The notes beneath the pieces are model-generated. The model did no database searches. It worked only from the letters and a program-made list of their open reading frames with translations, and had not been told where the DNA came from. Shown in pieces: positions 18,006 to 26,615 of a DNA stretch of 64,000 nucleotides. Position numbers and translations under genes: made by a program. The stretch spans positions 64,161 through 128,160 of the forward strand of contig CAYORN010000002.1 of NCBI GenBank assembly GCA_964406405.1, in the 5' to 3' direction. How positions within the stretch are numbered: position 1 is the first letter of the stretch; the number at the start of each line of letters is the position of its first letter. This DNA comes from an uncultured Alphaproteobacteria bacterium. Lineage in GTDB: Bacteria; Electryoneota; RPQS01.

Positions 18006-19157
18006 TTGACCATGCATTTTAACACAGCTTGTGTCCATGCGGGAGTAGAGCCGGAGCCGGTGACCGGTGCGATTATGACGCCGATTTTTCAGACGTCCAC
18101 GTACGTGCAGCCGGAATTGGGCGTCAACAAAGGGTATGAATATTCGCGGACGGACAATCCGACGCGCACGGCATTGCAGGCGGCGATTGCCGCGCTCGAA
18201 GGCGCTAAGTTCGGCTTGTCGTTCGCGAGCGGAATGGCGGCGACCGATGCCATCATCGCGACGCTGAGCGCGGGCGATCATGTCCTTTCCTGCGACGACG
18301 TATATGGCGGAACGTTTCGCCTGCTCAAGCGCGTGCGGGAAAAGCAGGGCATTCTCTCTGATTTCATAGATTTCGGGGAGCTCAAGACTATCGAAAAGCA
18401 CATCCGCCCGGAGACGAAGCTGATCTGGATCGAGTCGCCGACGAATCCGCTGTTGAAGATTCTCGATATTCGCGCGATCAGCGAGTTGGCGCATGCGCGG
18501 AAGATTCTCGTTGCCGTAGATAATACGTTCATGACGCCGTATTTTCAGCAGCCGCTAAAGCTCGGCGCGGATATGGTCGTGCACAGCGTGACGAAGTTTC
18601 TGAACGGGCACAGCGACGTGGTGGGCGGGGCGATTGCCACGTCGCATCAGCCGCTCTATGAACAACTGAAATTTATCCAGAACGCGGCCGGCGGCGTGCC
18701 GGGGCCGATGGATTGTTTTCTCACCCTGCGCGGACTGAAGACACTGCACCTGCGGATGCAGCGGCATCAGGAAAACGCGTTCGACATCGCCAACTACGTG
18801 ATGGCGCGCAAAGAAGTGACGTGGGTGCGCTATCCCGGTCTGAAATCGCATCCGCAGTATGAGCTCGCCAAGCGGCAGATGAGCGGATTCGGCGGGATGC
18901 TGAGTTTCGAATTGAAGGGCGGACTGGAAGCGGCGCGGAAATTCGTGAAAGGGTTGAAACTGTTTGCGCTGGCGGAGTCCTTAGGCGGCGTGGAATCACT
19001 TTGCGATCATCCGGCGATTATGACGCACGCGTCGGTGCCGCCGGAAACGCGCGCGGCGCTGGGGATTACGGATGGCTTGATTCGGCTCTCGGTCGGGATC
19101 GAAAGCTCCGCCGATCTGTTAGCGGATTTGGAACACGCGTTTGACGGGATGAAGTAG
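18006..19157 (+). CDS. PLP-dependent Cys/Met-metabolism enzyme (cystathionine gamma-synthase / beta-lyase / methionine gamma-lyase family)
   Basis: 383 aa; PLP-lysine motif VTKFLNGHSDVVGG; N-terminal TPIFQTSTY...YSRTDNPTR typical of the family. Confidence 0.85.
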   Translation: MTMHFNTACVHAGVEPEPVTGAIMTPIFQTSTYVQPELGVNKGYEYSRTDNPTRTALQAAIAALEGAKFGLSFASGMAATDAIIATLSAGDHVLSCDDVYGGTFRLLKRVREKQGILSDFIDFGELKTIEKHIRPETKLIWIESPTNPLLKILDIRAISELAHARKILVAVDNTFMTPYFQQPLKLGADMVVHSVTKFLNGHSDVVGGAIATSHQPLYEQLKFIQNAAGGVPGPMDCFLTLRGLKTLHLRMQRHQENAFDIANYVMARKEVTWVRYPGLKSHPQYELAKRQMSGFGGMLSFELKGGLEAARKFVKGLKLFALAESLGGVESLCDHPAIMTHASVPPETRAALGITDGLIRLSVGIESSADLLADLEHAFDGMK

Positions 19158-19224
19158 GAAACGTGGCGCAAATTTGTCGCACACGAACTTGAAAAGATTG
19201 CTGCCCCCGACACACATCAACCTC

Positions 19225-19256
19225 GCCCCCCCTTACCCCCCCGTAAACGGAGGGGA
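19225..19256. repeat. poly-C hairpin element P, intergenic copy
   Basis: gcccccccttacccccccgtaaacggagggg; close match to the lpxB copy gcccccccttgcccccccgcaggcggagggg at 25117. Confidence 0.7.
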
Positions 19257-19262
19257 ATCGTT

Positions 19263-20732
19263 GTGAGTACACCTCTCGTACGACGCACCTTGGGCAATGC
19301 GGGCGCGCTGACGGCGGGAGCGGCGACTGAAGCGCTGCTGCAGTTTGCGTTCCTGCTGATGGCGAGCCGGCAACTCGGGCCGGAGGATTACGGCTTCTAC
19401 GAGTACCTGGTCGGCATCGTCACATTTCTCGTGGCGCTGGTACAATGGGGCTTGCCGGTGGTGTCCGTACGCGAACTGGCGCAAGCGCCGGAGCGCCTGG
19501 ACACCGTATTCGGCGCGTCTTTCCGGATCAGCGCGGCGCTGGCTGTTGTGTGTTTTGCGGGTGGGATCATCGCCGCGACATTCAGCGGAACAACGCCGGA
19601 GCGCTCGATGGCGATCTGGCTGCTGTTCGGCTATTTGTTGTTTCTGCCGTTTCAGCTCGCGGCCGTGTTTGATGCGTTCAAGCTCTCGCGTTGGGATGTG
19701 CCGGGGCGGGTGATTGGGCGCACGGTTTCGGTCTTGACGCTGTTTGTGATCTGGAGAGTGCGCGGACAGCTCACCGTAGCCGATGCGGCGCTCTGCGCGT
19801 CGCTGAATCTGGCGGTGAATGTAGCGGTGGCGTGGTGGATTGCCGCGCGCGTCCACGTGAGGCCGCGGCTGGCTACAGCGTTCGATCCCGCGGCGGCGGC
19901 GGAGATCCGGACAGAGACACGGCGGTTGGCGAAGCGTGCGGCGCCGATCATGTGGTCCAACGTGATGACCACGGTGTACTCCTTCAGCCAGCCGGTGCTG
20001 GTGAAGTGGTATTCGACGGATTTGCAGACGGGGTGGTTCGGACTCGCCAACCGCTTGCTCTTTCCCGTCCTCATTCTGCGCGGTGTTTTGTCGCGACTGA
20101 CGCTGCCGATTCTTTCGGAGGCAGCCGGTGATCCAGCGACGTTTGAATGGCGGTTCGGGCGGATTGTCGTCGCGCTCGCGCTGTTCTTCATGCCGCTGGT
20201 GGCGCTGGCGATTCCGGCCATCGAACTGCTCGTGGTGCCGGTCTTTGGCAGCGCATACTCCGGCTCGGTGCTCCCATTGCAGATTTTGTTCGGGCACCTG
20301 TTTGTTACCGGAGCCGGTTCAATCTTCGGCACGGCGCTGTTTGCGCTCGGCTATCAAAAGGCGTACACGTGGTCGCTGACGATTGCATGTGCATTAAACC
20401 TCGTCGCCGCTTACGTGCTGATTCCCTCATCGGGAGCGCTGGGAGCATCCGTGGCCGTGGCAATTGCCGAGTTGACCGTGGTGGTGATTACCGTTCCGGC
20501 GCTGCTCAAGATAGTGCGCATCGCGGTGTGGGGACGGGTGACGCGGATCGGCGCGATCTCGCTCGCAGGGTTGGCGACGTACTTTGCGCTCACCCGGCTG
20601 TTTGCGGTCAACGCGCTCGTTGCGTTGGGCGCGGAGATGCTGGTGCTGGCACTGTTGTTGTGGATCACAGGCGAGATTTCGGCGGAGCGGGTGCGGGGAA
20701 TCGTGGATTTGGTGCGGAGGAAGAGCACATGA
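19263..20732 (+). CDS. oligosaccharide/polysaccharide flippase (Wzx-like, MOP superfamily)
   Basis: GTG start; 489 aa; about 12-14 TM helices; N-terminal profile typical of polysaccharide biosynthesis proteins. Confidence 0.7.
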   Translation: MSTPLVRRTLGNAGALTAGAATEALLQFAFLLMASRQLGPEDYGFYEYLVGIVTFLVALVQWGLPVVSVRELAQAPERLDTVFGASFRISAALAVVCFAGGIIAATFSGTTPERSMAIWLLFGYLLFLPFQLAAVFDAFKLSRWDVPGRVIGRTVSVLTLFVIWRVRGQLTVADAALCASLNLAVNVAVAWWIAARVHVRPRLATAFDPAAAAEIRTETRRLAKRAAPIMWSNVMTTVYSFSQPVLVKWYSTDLQTGWFGLANRLLFPVLILRGVLSRLTLPILSEAAGDPATFEWRFGRIVVALALFFMPLVALAIPAIELLVVPVFGSAYSGSVLPLQILFGHLFVTGAGSIFGTALFALGYQKAYTWSLTIACALNLVAAYVLIPSSGALGASVAVAIAELTVVVITVPALLKIVRIAVWGRVTRIGAISLAGLATYFALTRLFAVNALVALGAEMLVLALLLWITGEISAERVRGIVDLVRRKST

Positions 20733-20780
20733 GGCATTTCTTGCAGAAATCATGGTCAGAGAAGAAATGATAAGCGAGAA

Positions 20781-20840
20781 GGTTCGGCTGCTCAGGTGCT
20801 GTCGGCGGTACACTCTTGATTAGCAGCCGACACCGCAAAT
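20781..20840. repeat. palindromic element G, copy 2
   Basis: ggttcggctgctcagg...gattagcagccgacaccgcaaat; inverted repeat GGTCGGCTGC/GCAGCCGAC. Confidence 0.6.
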
Positions 20841-20880
20841 GTTTGTGAAGGTTCGGATCGCCGCCGACAAGTCAAAACAT

Positions 20881-20915
20881 GAGATCCTTCAGCCGAAGAC
20901 GGCTTCAGGATGACA
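20881..20915. repeat. REP-like palindromic element E (GAGATCCTTCAGCC...GGCTTCAGGATGACAA), copy 1
   Basis: gagatccttcagccgaagacggcttcaggatgacaa; other copies at 41069, 49029, 51388 (inverted), 51458. Confidence 0.7.
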
Positions 20916-20975
20916 AACAGAGAATGACCGTATCTTGTTGCTTTTTTCCGATCTTGCACCTATCTTGCATTTTCT

Positions 20976-21221
20976 ATGGTGATTCCCCGCAGTCCGTCGA
21001 AGTTCGACCGGCACTATAACACGCGGCTGAACAAGCGGTGGCGGGATGTGTGCCTGAGCCTTTCTGGTATTGCGCTGTTGGTGACGGCGCTGATTTTTCT
21101 GGATCCGCTCTTCAGCGGGGGGCCGCAAAGCCCACGGGCGCTGATCTTCTGCGGATTCTTATTTATTGTTTTTCTTGCATTTTCGTTGAGCTTTCATCTA
21201 CGGTATAGGAGCCGTGAGTAA
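20976..21221 (+). CDS. possible small membrane protein (81 aa, 2 TM), uncertain
   Basis: ORF with two hydrophobic helices ending over the RBS/start of the next gene; no homology recognised. Confidence 0.25.
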   Translation: MVIPRSPSKFDRHYNTRLNKRWRDVCLSLSGIALLVTALIFLDPLFSGGPQSPRALIFCGFLFIVFLAFSLSFHLRYRSRE

Positions 21222-22212
21222 CTTACGTGTGGGCCTTGTGGGAGCCGGGTATTTGGGGACCATTCATGCCCGACTGCTTGCCCAACAACCTGTGGAATGG
21301 ACTGGAGTGTTTGACCTTGACCCGGCCAAAAGCCAGAAGGTGGCCGCGGAATTCGGCGGCAAGGCGGCGGGGTCCTTGGAGGACGTGATCGGCGGGTCGG
21401 AGGCGGTGGTCATTGCGGCAGCTACCTCGTCCCATTATCTGACGGCGAAGCGGGCGCTCGAGGCGGGCAAGCACGTCTTCCTCGAAAAGCCGATGACCAC
21501 AACCCCCGCCGAAGGCGCGGAGATCGTGGCGCTGGCGAAGCAGAAGAACGTGTGCTTGCAGGTCGGGCACGTGGAGCGCTTCAACCGCGCATTTCGGTCG
21601 TTAGGAGATCAACACCCGCGGCCGCAATTCGTGGAGTCGCACCGGCTCGCGCAGTTCAAGCCGCGCGGTACGGACGTGGCGGTCGTGCTCGATCTGATGA
21701 TTCACGATCTCGATTTGATTTTGAAACTGATGGGTGAGTATCCGACGAAAGTGGATGCGGCGGGCGTGGCGGTGATCTCCGAAGGCGCGGACATCGCCAA
21801 TGCGCGGCTGACGTTTCCCTCGGGCGCGGTAGCCAACGTGACGGCGAGCCGGATCAGCGCGAACCCGATGCGCAAGCTGCGGATGTTCGCCGAAGACAGC
21901 TATATCTCGCTCGACTTTGCCACCGGCCAAACGCAGGTCTTCCGCATTGCCAAAGCGGACGAAGAGCATCTGCCGGGAACGATGAGCTTGGGCGAGATCG
22001 AAAAGGCAGCCGTGAAGCGACACATTCTGTTTTCCTCCCCTTCCGCTCCGGAAGGCAATGCGATTCTGATGGAGCAGCAGGCGTTCTTCACGGCGATCGA
22101 GACCAAAACTCCGCCGCCCGTGACGGGAGAAGATGGCTTGAACGCCCTGCGCCTCGCAACGGAAATCTTGGAGAAGATCGGGACGACGGAAGTGGCGACA
22201 GGAAGAGAGTGA
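21214..22212 (+). CDS. Gfo/Idh/MocA family NAD(P)-dependent oxidoreductase
   Basis: GTG start after AGGAG; Rossmann motif LRVGLVGAGYLG; 332 aa. Confidence 0.8.
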   Translation: MSNLRVGLVGAGYLGTIHARLLAQQPVEWTGVFDLDPAKSQKVAAEFGGKAAGSLEDVIGGSEAVVIAAATSSHYLTAKRALEAGKHVFLEKPMTTTPAEGAEIVALAKQKNVCLQVGHVERFNRAFRSLGDQHPRPQFVESHRLAQFKPRGTDVAVVLDLMIHDLDLILKLMGEYPTKVDAAGVAVISEGADIANARLTFPSGAVANVTASRISANPMRKLRMFAEDSYISLDFATGQTQVFRIAKADEEHLPGTMSLGEIEKAAVKRHILFSSPSAPEGNAILMEQQAFFTAIETKTPPPVTGEDGLNALRLATEILEKIGTTEVATGRE

Positions 22213-22243
22213 CACTTCTGTTTCACAACAAACTGAGAACTTT

Positions 22244-23848
22244 ATGGCTACGCTACATGAGTTCGTGAAAAACAGCCCGATGCTCGCCTATATTGAGAAG
22301 CGCCGGATGCAGGTATCAAAAGTCGCGTCACCCGAGACTCGAAAACATCTCGGTCAGTTTCTTACACCTGCGCCCATCGCTCACTTCATGGCCTCACTTT
22401 TCACATGCAGGTCAAAGCACGTTTTCTTGCTTGACGCAGGGGCTGGCATCGGATCGCTAACGGCAGCATTTGTTGACCATGTTCTTGCCTTGAGACAGCC
22501 CCCGGAATGCGTGTCGGTAGTCATGTGGGAAGTAGACCCGGAAATGCTCGCGCATCTCTCGAATGTGGTAAGACGTTGTCATGATGAATGTCACAAGATT
22601 GGGATCAAGTTCACGGCCGTCATTATTCCGGAAGATTTTACCGAATCCGGTGCAGAGATAATCTTAGACCGTTTATTGGGGAAGCGCACCTATGCCTTCA
22701 ACTGTGCAATTCTAAACCCGCCCTACCGCAAGATTCAGACAAACTCTCCAGAGCGGTTGGCCCTCCGAAAAGTTGGACTGGAAACCAGCAATTTGTACGC
22801 GGGCTTCGTGGGTCTGGCCATCAAACTGCTGAATCCTGGTGGACAGCTTGTCGCAATCACACCGCGAAGTTTCTGCAACGGCCCATACTTTAGGCCTTTT
22901 AGAGAACTGCTTCTGCGGGAGATGCGATTTCGACTCATACACACATTCGAGCGAAGGGATCGAGCTTTCGTCGGCGATGGTGTCCTCCAAGAGAACATTA
23001 TCTTTCATGCCGTCAAGAATACGCGTACCGAAAAGTGGGTTACTATTTCTTACAGTCATGGAGCTGAAGACGCGACGTTGTCTTCCCGAAAGGTGCAGCA
23101 TGATGCCGTGGTATCGTTATCTGACCCAGAGTTGATCGTGCATGTTCCACACAGCAAGTATGACCAGGCCGCACGTGAGAAGATCGACCTGGAAAAGATG
23201 ACTCTCGTTGATTTGGGCATTAGTGTTTCGACGGGCAGGGTGGTGGATTTTAGAGCGCGGGAATTTCTCCGCATGCAGCCGGGCAGTGACACAGCGCCGC
23301 TGATATACCCGCTGCACTTTGAAAGCGGTTTTGTCACCTGGCCAAGATTATCTGCGAAGAGGCCGAATGCCATTGAGGTTAACGACACTACGCGACATAT
23401 GTTGGTGCCCAAGGGGTATTATGTGCTCGTGAAGCGCTTCACTTCCAAAGAGGAACGCCGCCGGATTGTGGCGGTAGTGCTTGACCCTAATCGCATTGCG
23501 GCCCCTGAATTTGCTTTCGAGAACCACATCAATTTCTATCACGCAAACGGACACGGTTTGCCCGAAGCGTTAGCGAAGGGACTTGCGGCATACTTGAATA
23601 CAACGACCGTCGACCGGTATTTCCGGCAATTCAGCGGGCATACTCAGGTTAATGCATCCGATTTACGAAAGCTGACTTATCCGGATCGCGCGGCACTGGA
23701 AGCGATTGGCTCTCAATTAGGTCCAGCGTTTCTCTTTCAGGAAGAACTGGACACACTCGTAGACGAGGAACTCGCATCGTGGCGAAACAAGCAACAAAGC
23801 AGCCAGCCGAAATTCAAAGCCGCATCAAAGAGGCTCTCACTGTTCTGA
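22244..23848 (+). CDS. type II N6-adenine DNA methyltransferase (PstI/BsuBI-like gamma-class)
   Basis: motif I FLLDAGAGIGSLTAAF; motif IV NPPY (AILNPPYRK); 534 aa, close to M.PstI/M.BsuBI size; visibly lower G+C than neighbours. Confidence 0.75.
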   Translation: MATLHEFVKNSPMLAYIEKRRMQVSKVASPETRKHLGQFLTPAPIAHFMASLFTCRSKHVFLLDAGAGIGSLTAAFVDHVLALRQPPECVSVVMWEVDPEMLAHLSNVVRRCHDECHKIGIKFTAVIIPEDFTESGAEIILDRLLGKRTYAFNCAILNPPYRKIQTNSPERLALRKVGLETSNLYAGFVGLAIKLLNPGGQLVAITPRSFCNGPYFRPFRELLLREMRFRLIHTFERRDRAFVGDGVLQENIIFHAVKNTRTEKWVTISYSHGAEDATLSSRKVQHDAVVSLSDPELIVHVPHSKYDQAAREKIDLEKMTLVDLGISVSTGRVVDFRAREFLRMQPGSDTAPLIYPLHFESGFVTWPRLSAKRPNAIEVNDTTRHMLVPKGYYVLVKRFTSKEERRRIVAVVLDPNRIAAPEFAFENHINFYHANGHGLPEALAKGLAAYLNTTTVDRYFRQFSGHTQVNASDLRKLTYPDRAALEAIGSQLGPAFLFQEELDTLVDEELASWRNKQQSSQPKFKAASKRLSLF

Positions 23849-24765
23849 AGGCTATTGGTATGCCCAGAGAGCAGATCAATGAGCGATCCGCGCTGACCTT
23901 GCTTTCACTCGTGGGGCTAAGGCCTCAAGTACGTTGGAAGAGTGCACGAACGGAGTCTCGCGGTGTAACGCAGATGATGGAGTTCATGGCGACCGAATAT
24001 CGGAAACGCTATGCACCTAACACGCGCGAAACCGTCAGGCGATATGCGTTGCATCAATTCGTTCAGGCTGGAATTGCCCTAAAGAATGCCGACGATCCGT
24101 TGCGCCCCACAAACAGTCCGGACACAGTTTATTGTGGAGCACCTCCGCTGCTTGAACTCTTGAAAACTTTTGGAACTACTAAGTGGGAATCAACTCTCCG
24201 CAAGTTCCTTATTGCGCAGCCCGCTCTGAGCCAGAAATATGCCGCCGAACGAACGCTCCCGAGACTAAGAGTCAAGCTTCGAAAAGGACAGAGCATTGCG
24301 TTATCGCCGGGCGGTCAGAATGTACTCGTAAAGCGGATTGTTGAAGATTTCTGTCAGCTTTTTACTCCAGGTGCATCCGTTGTGTATGTTGGCGATACAA
24401 GCAAGAAATGGGCTTACTTTGATCAAGCACTGCTTTCGACTCTCGGCATTGACATAGAAAAGCATGGAAAAATGCCTGATGTCGTAGTGTATCAGGCAGA
24501 GAAGGGTTGGCTCGTGCTGATTGAGGCTATCACCAGCCATGGACCGGTAACTCCAAAACGGCAAAACGAACTCAAGGAGCTATTTGGGAGCACATTAGCA
24601 GGCTTGGTATTCGTCAGTGCGTTTCTGAGCAAGAAATCCCTGTTGAAATACTTGCAGGAAATTGCCTGGGAGACAGAGGTTTGGGTCGCAGAGCATCCTA
24701 CTCACATCATTCACTTCAACGGTGAAAGATTTCTGGGACCCTACGAATCAACGACCAGTGTCTGA
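23779..24765 (+). CDS. putative type II restriction endonuclease (BsuBI/PstI-like); start uncertain (alt. ATG 23860)
   Basis: 328 aa immediately after the MTase; N-terminal KEALTVLKAIGMPREQINERSALTLLSL; PD-(D/E)xK-like MPDVVVYQAEKGWLVLIEAITSHGP; low G+C. Confidence 0.5.
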   Translation: MAKQATKQPAEIQSRIKEALTVLKAIGMPREQINERSALTLLSLVGLRPQVRWKSARTESRGVTQMMEFMATEYRKRYAPNTRETVRRYALHQFVQAGIALKNADDPLRPTNSPDTVYCGAPPLLELLKTFGTTKWESTLRKFLIAQPALSQKYAAERTLPRLRVKLRKGQSIALSPGGQNVLVKRIVEDFCQLFTPGASVVYVGDTSKKWAYFDQALLSTLGIDIEKHGKMPDVVVYQAEKGWLVLIEAITSHGPVTPKRQNELKELFGSTLAGLVFVSAFLSKKSLLKYLQEIAWETEVWVAEHPTHIIHFNGERFLGPYESTTSV

Positions 24766-26038
24766 GCATCTCATCTTCATTTCCGCCGGCGAGGCCTCCG
24801 GTGACACCCATGCGGCGGGAGTAGTTCGTGAGTTGAAATTGCGTTATCCGGATGCGACGTTCTTTGGCATTGGCGGGGATCAGATGCTGGAAGCGGGAGT
24901 CGAACTGATCGAGCACGCGCGGCGGATGTCGTTCATGGGATTCGCCGAAGTTGTGCGGCATCTGCCGTTCATCTACGCCACGCGCACGCGCGTGCTAAAA
25001 GAGATCGTCGTGCGGCGGCCCGATCTGATTTTGCTCGTTGACTATCCGGGGTTTCATTTTTCGCTGCTCAGAAGTTTGAAGCGGATGAAGATCATTGGAA
25101 AGCCGAGTCAAAGTTCGCCCCCCCTTGCCCCCCCGCAGGCGGAGGGGAAATCTGCTTCATCCTTCATCCTTCATCCTTCATCCTTTCCGAGAGTTCTCTA
25201 CTACATTCCGCCGCAGGTGTGGGCGTGGAAAGCGGGACGGGCGAAGGAACTGGCGAAGCTGGCGGATCGGATTGCGGTGATCTTTCCGTTTGAGGTAGAG
25301 ATCTTCAATAAGGTGACCCCCCCTGAATCCCCCCCGCTAAAGCAGGGGGGAAAGGCGGTGTTTGTCGGGCATCCGCTGTTAGATGAAGTGGGAGACATTC
25401 CGCCGCGGGGGCAGTTTCTCAAGAGCATCGGGCTGGAGCCGGATGACCGGGTGATCGGGTTGTTTCCGGGTTCGCGCAAGCAGGAGATCCGGCGCCATCT
25501 GCCGGTGTTAGTGGAGACGGTGCGCCTGCTGCGGCGGTTTCATCCGGAATTGAAATTCATTCTGGCCGAAGCGCCGGGCGTGCCGCTGGATCTGTACACG
25601 CGGTTGCTGCGCGACATTGCGGGAATCGTGCGCGTGGGCGGCGTGTCGCACGAAGTGCTCGCGCATTGCAACGCGTCCTTCGTGAAGTCCGGCAGCAGCA
25701 CCGTGGAAGCGGCGTACTTCGGCAATCCGTTCGTGGTGTTCTACAAGGTGTCGGCGCCGAGCTATGCGATCGGCAAGCGCATCGTGAAGGTGCCGTACAT
25801 TGCCATGGCGAATATCCTCGCGGGCGAGATGGTGGTGAAGGAGCTGATTCAGGATCAGGCCACGCCGGAAAATCTCTTCGCCGCCATGCTGCCGCTGATC
25901 AATTTGCCGGAGAGCGTGGAAGCCTGCCGCGCGGGACTCAGGAAAGTTCGCGCGCAGTTGGGCGAACCGGGCGCGGCAAAGCGAGTGGCGGAATTGGCGG
26001 GGGAACTGGTGGAAGAAAGGATGAAGGATGAAGGATGA
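24758..26038 (+). CDS. lpxB: lipid-A-disaccharide synthase LpxB carrying two in-frame repeat-element insertions
   Basis: GTG start (GTGTCTGA overlap with REase stop); LIFISAGEASGD, VSPxVWAW-like YIPPQVWAWK, FPFE; 30-aa and 14-aa extra segments coincide with repeat elements. Confidence 0.85.
   Translation: MSEHLIFISAGEASGDTHAAGVVRELKLRYPDATFFGIGGDQMLEAGVELIEHARRMSFMGFAEVVRHLPFIYATRTRVLKEIVVRRPDLILLVDYPGFHFSLLRSLKRMKIIGKPSQSSPPLAPPQAEGKSASSFILHPSSFPRVLYYIPPQVWAWKAGRAKELAKLADRIAVIFPFEVEIFNKVTPPESPPLKQGGKAVFVGHPLLDEVGDIPPRGQFLKSIGLEPDDRVIGLFPGSRKQEIRRHLPVLVETVRLLRRFHPELKFILAEAPGVPLDLYTRLLRDIAGIVRVGGVSHEVLAHCNASFVKSGSSTVEAAYFGNPFVVFYKVSAPSYAIGKRIVKVPYIAMANILAGEMVVKELIQDQATPENLFAAMLPLINLPESVEACRAGLRKVRAQLGEPGAAKRVAELAGELVEERMKDEG
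25117..25179. repeat. composite element: poly-C hairpin P + TTCATCC heptads, in-frame within lpxB
   Basis: gcccccccttgcccccccgcaggcggaggggaaatctgcttcatccttcatccttcatcc translated as SPPLAPPQAEGKSASSFILHPSSF. Confidence 0.75.
25317..25350. repeat. poly-C hairpin element P variant, in-frame within lpxB
   Basis: ccccccctgaatcccccccgctaaagcagggggg translated as TPPESPPLKQGG. Confidence 0.7.
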
Positions 26039-26050
26039 GGGAGGAAGGAA
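26018..26050. repeat. GGATGAA heptad array at the lpxB 3' end
   Basis: aaggatgaaggatgaaggatgagggaggaagg; gives the LpxB ORF a ...ERMKDEG tail. Confidence 0.65.
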
Positions 26051-26145
26051 TACAAACTCCAAACCTCAAACTACAAACTTCAAACCTCGTTCAAGCGATA
26101 CTCTTGTTTTCAATTTTCGATTTTCAATTTTCAGTTTGAGTTTTT

Positions 26146-26595
26146 GTGATCGGAGGAACTATGCAACGCATCATCGTAACCCTCTTCTGTTTTCTGATTG
26201 TGCTGTCATCCGCCTACGCTTGCATGACGGCGAAGCCCAACAGCGCGCTTGTGCTGGAGCAAGTGCCGGAGGTGGACCTCACCGGACCGGTGTACGACAT
26301 GCCGGCTCCGCCGATCACCTTCAACTCCGTCCTTTCCGGAGTGGTATCCGCTGTCACGTACGTTACCCACCACACGCTCCGGATCGCGGCGGACGTGCCG
26401 CACTACGCCTGCAAAACTCCACGGCTCGCACTCGGCAGCTATCACCACGCGACTACGGTGGCGAATAACGGCGCGCAGCAAGCGAAACAAGCCGCAACCC
26501 AAGGGATGAACGGATTTTCCACCGTCACGAGTATTCTGCTACGAATCGCTTACTCTTCTTTCTCGGCTCTCGTTTCGGGCATCTTGCGCTCCTGA
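26146..26595 (+). CDS. hypothetical small secreted/membrane protein (uncertain)
   Basis: 149-aa ORF with hydrophobic N-terminus MQRIIVTLFCFLIVLSSAYAC; no homology recognised; its 3' part overlaps the likely true N-terminus of the next gene in another frame. Confidence 0.3.
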   Translation: MIGGTMQRIIVTLFCFLIVLSSAYACMTAKPNSALVLEQVPEVDLTGPVYDMPAPPITFNSVLSGVVSAVTYVTHHTLRIAADVPHYACKTPRLALGSYHHATTVANNGAQQAKQAATQGMNGFSTVTSILLRIAYSSFSALVSGILRS

Positions 26596-26615
26596 TCCTT
26601 GGCGCCACGTGGCGG

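Noticed and set aside
19233-20297. 354-aa Arg/His-rich minus-strand ORF
   Set aside because: Antisense to the multi-TM flippase gene. Low-complexity basic composition typical of GC-rich antisense frames.
24662-24757. Upstream 32 codons of the ORF-track lpxB prediction
   Set aside because: Overlaps the REase gene in another frame. LpxB homology begins at the GTG at 24758 (..LIFISAGEASGD).
26018-26038. C-terminal 'KDEG'/'MKDEG' peptide tails on several ORFs as a sorting signal
   Set aside because: They are translations of the GGATGAAGGATGAA repeat that happens to abut stop codons, not a conserved protein motif.
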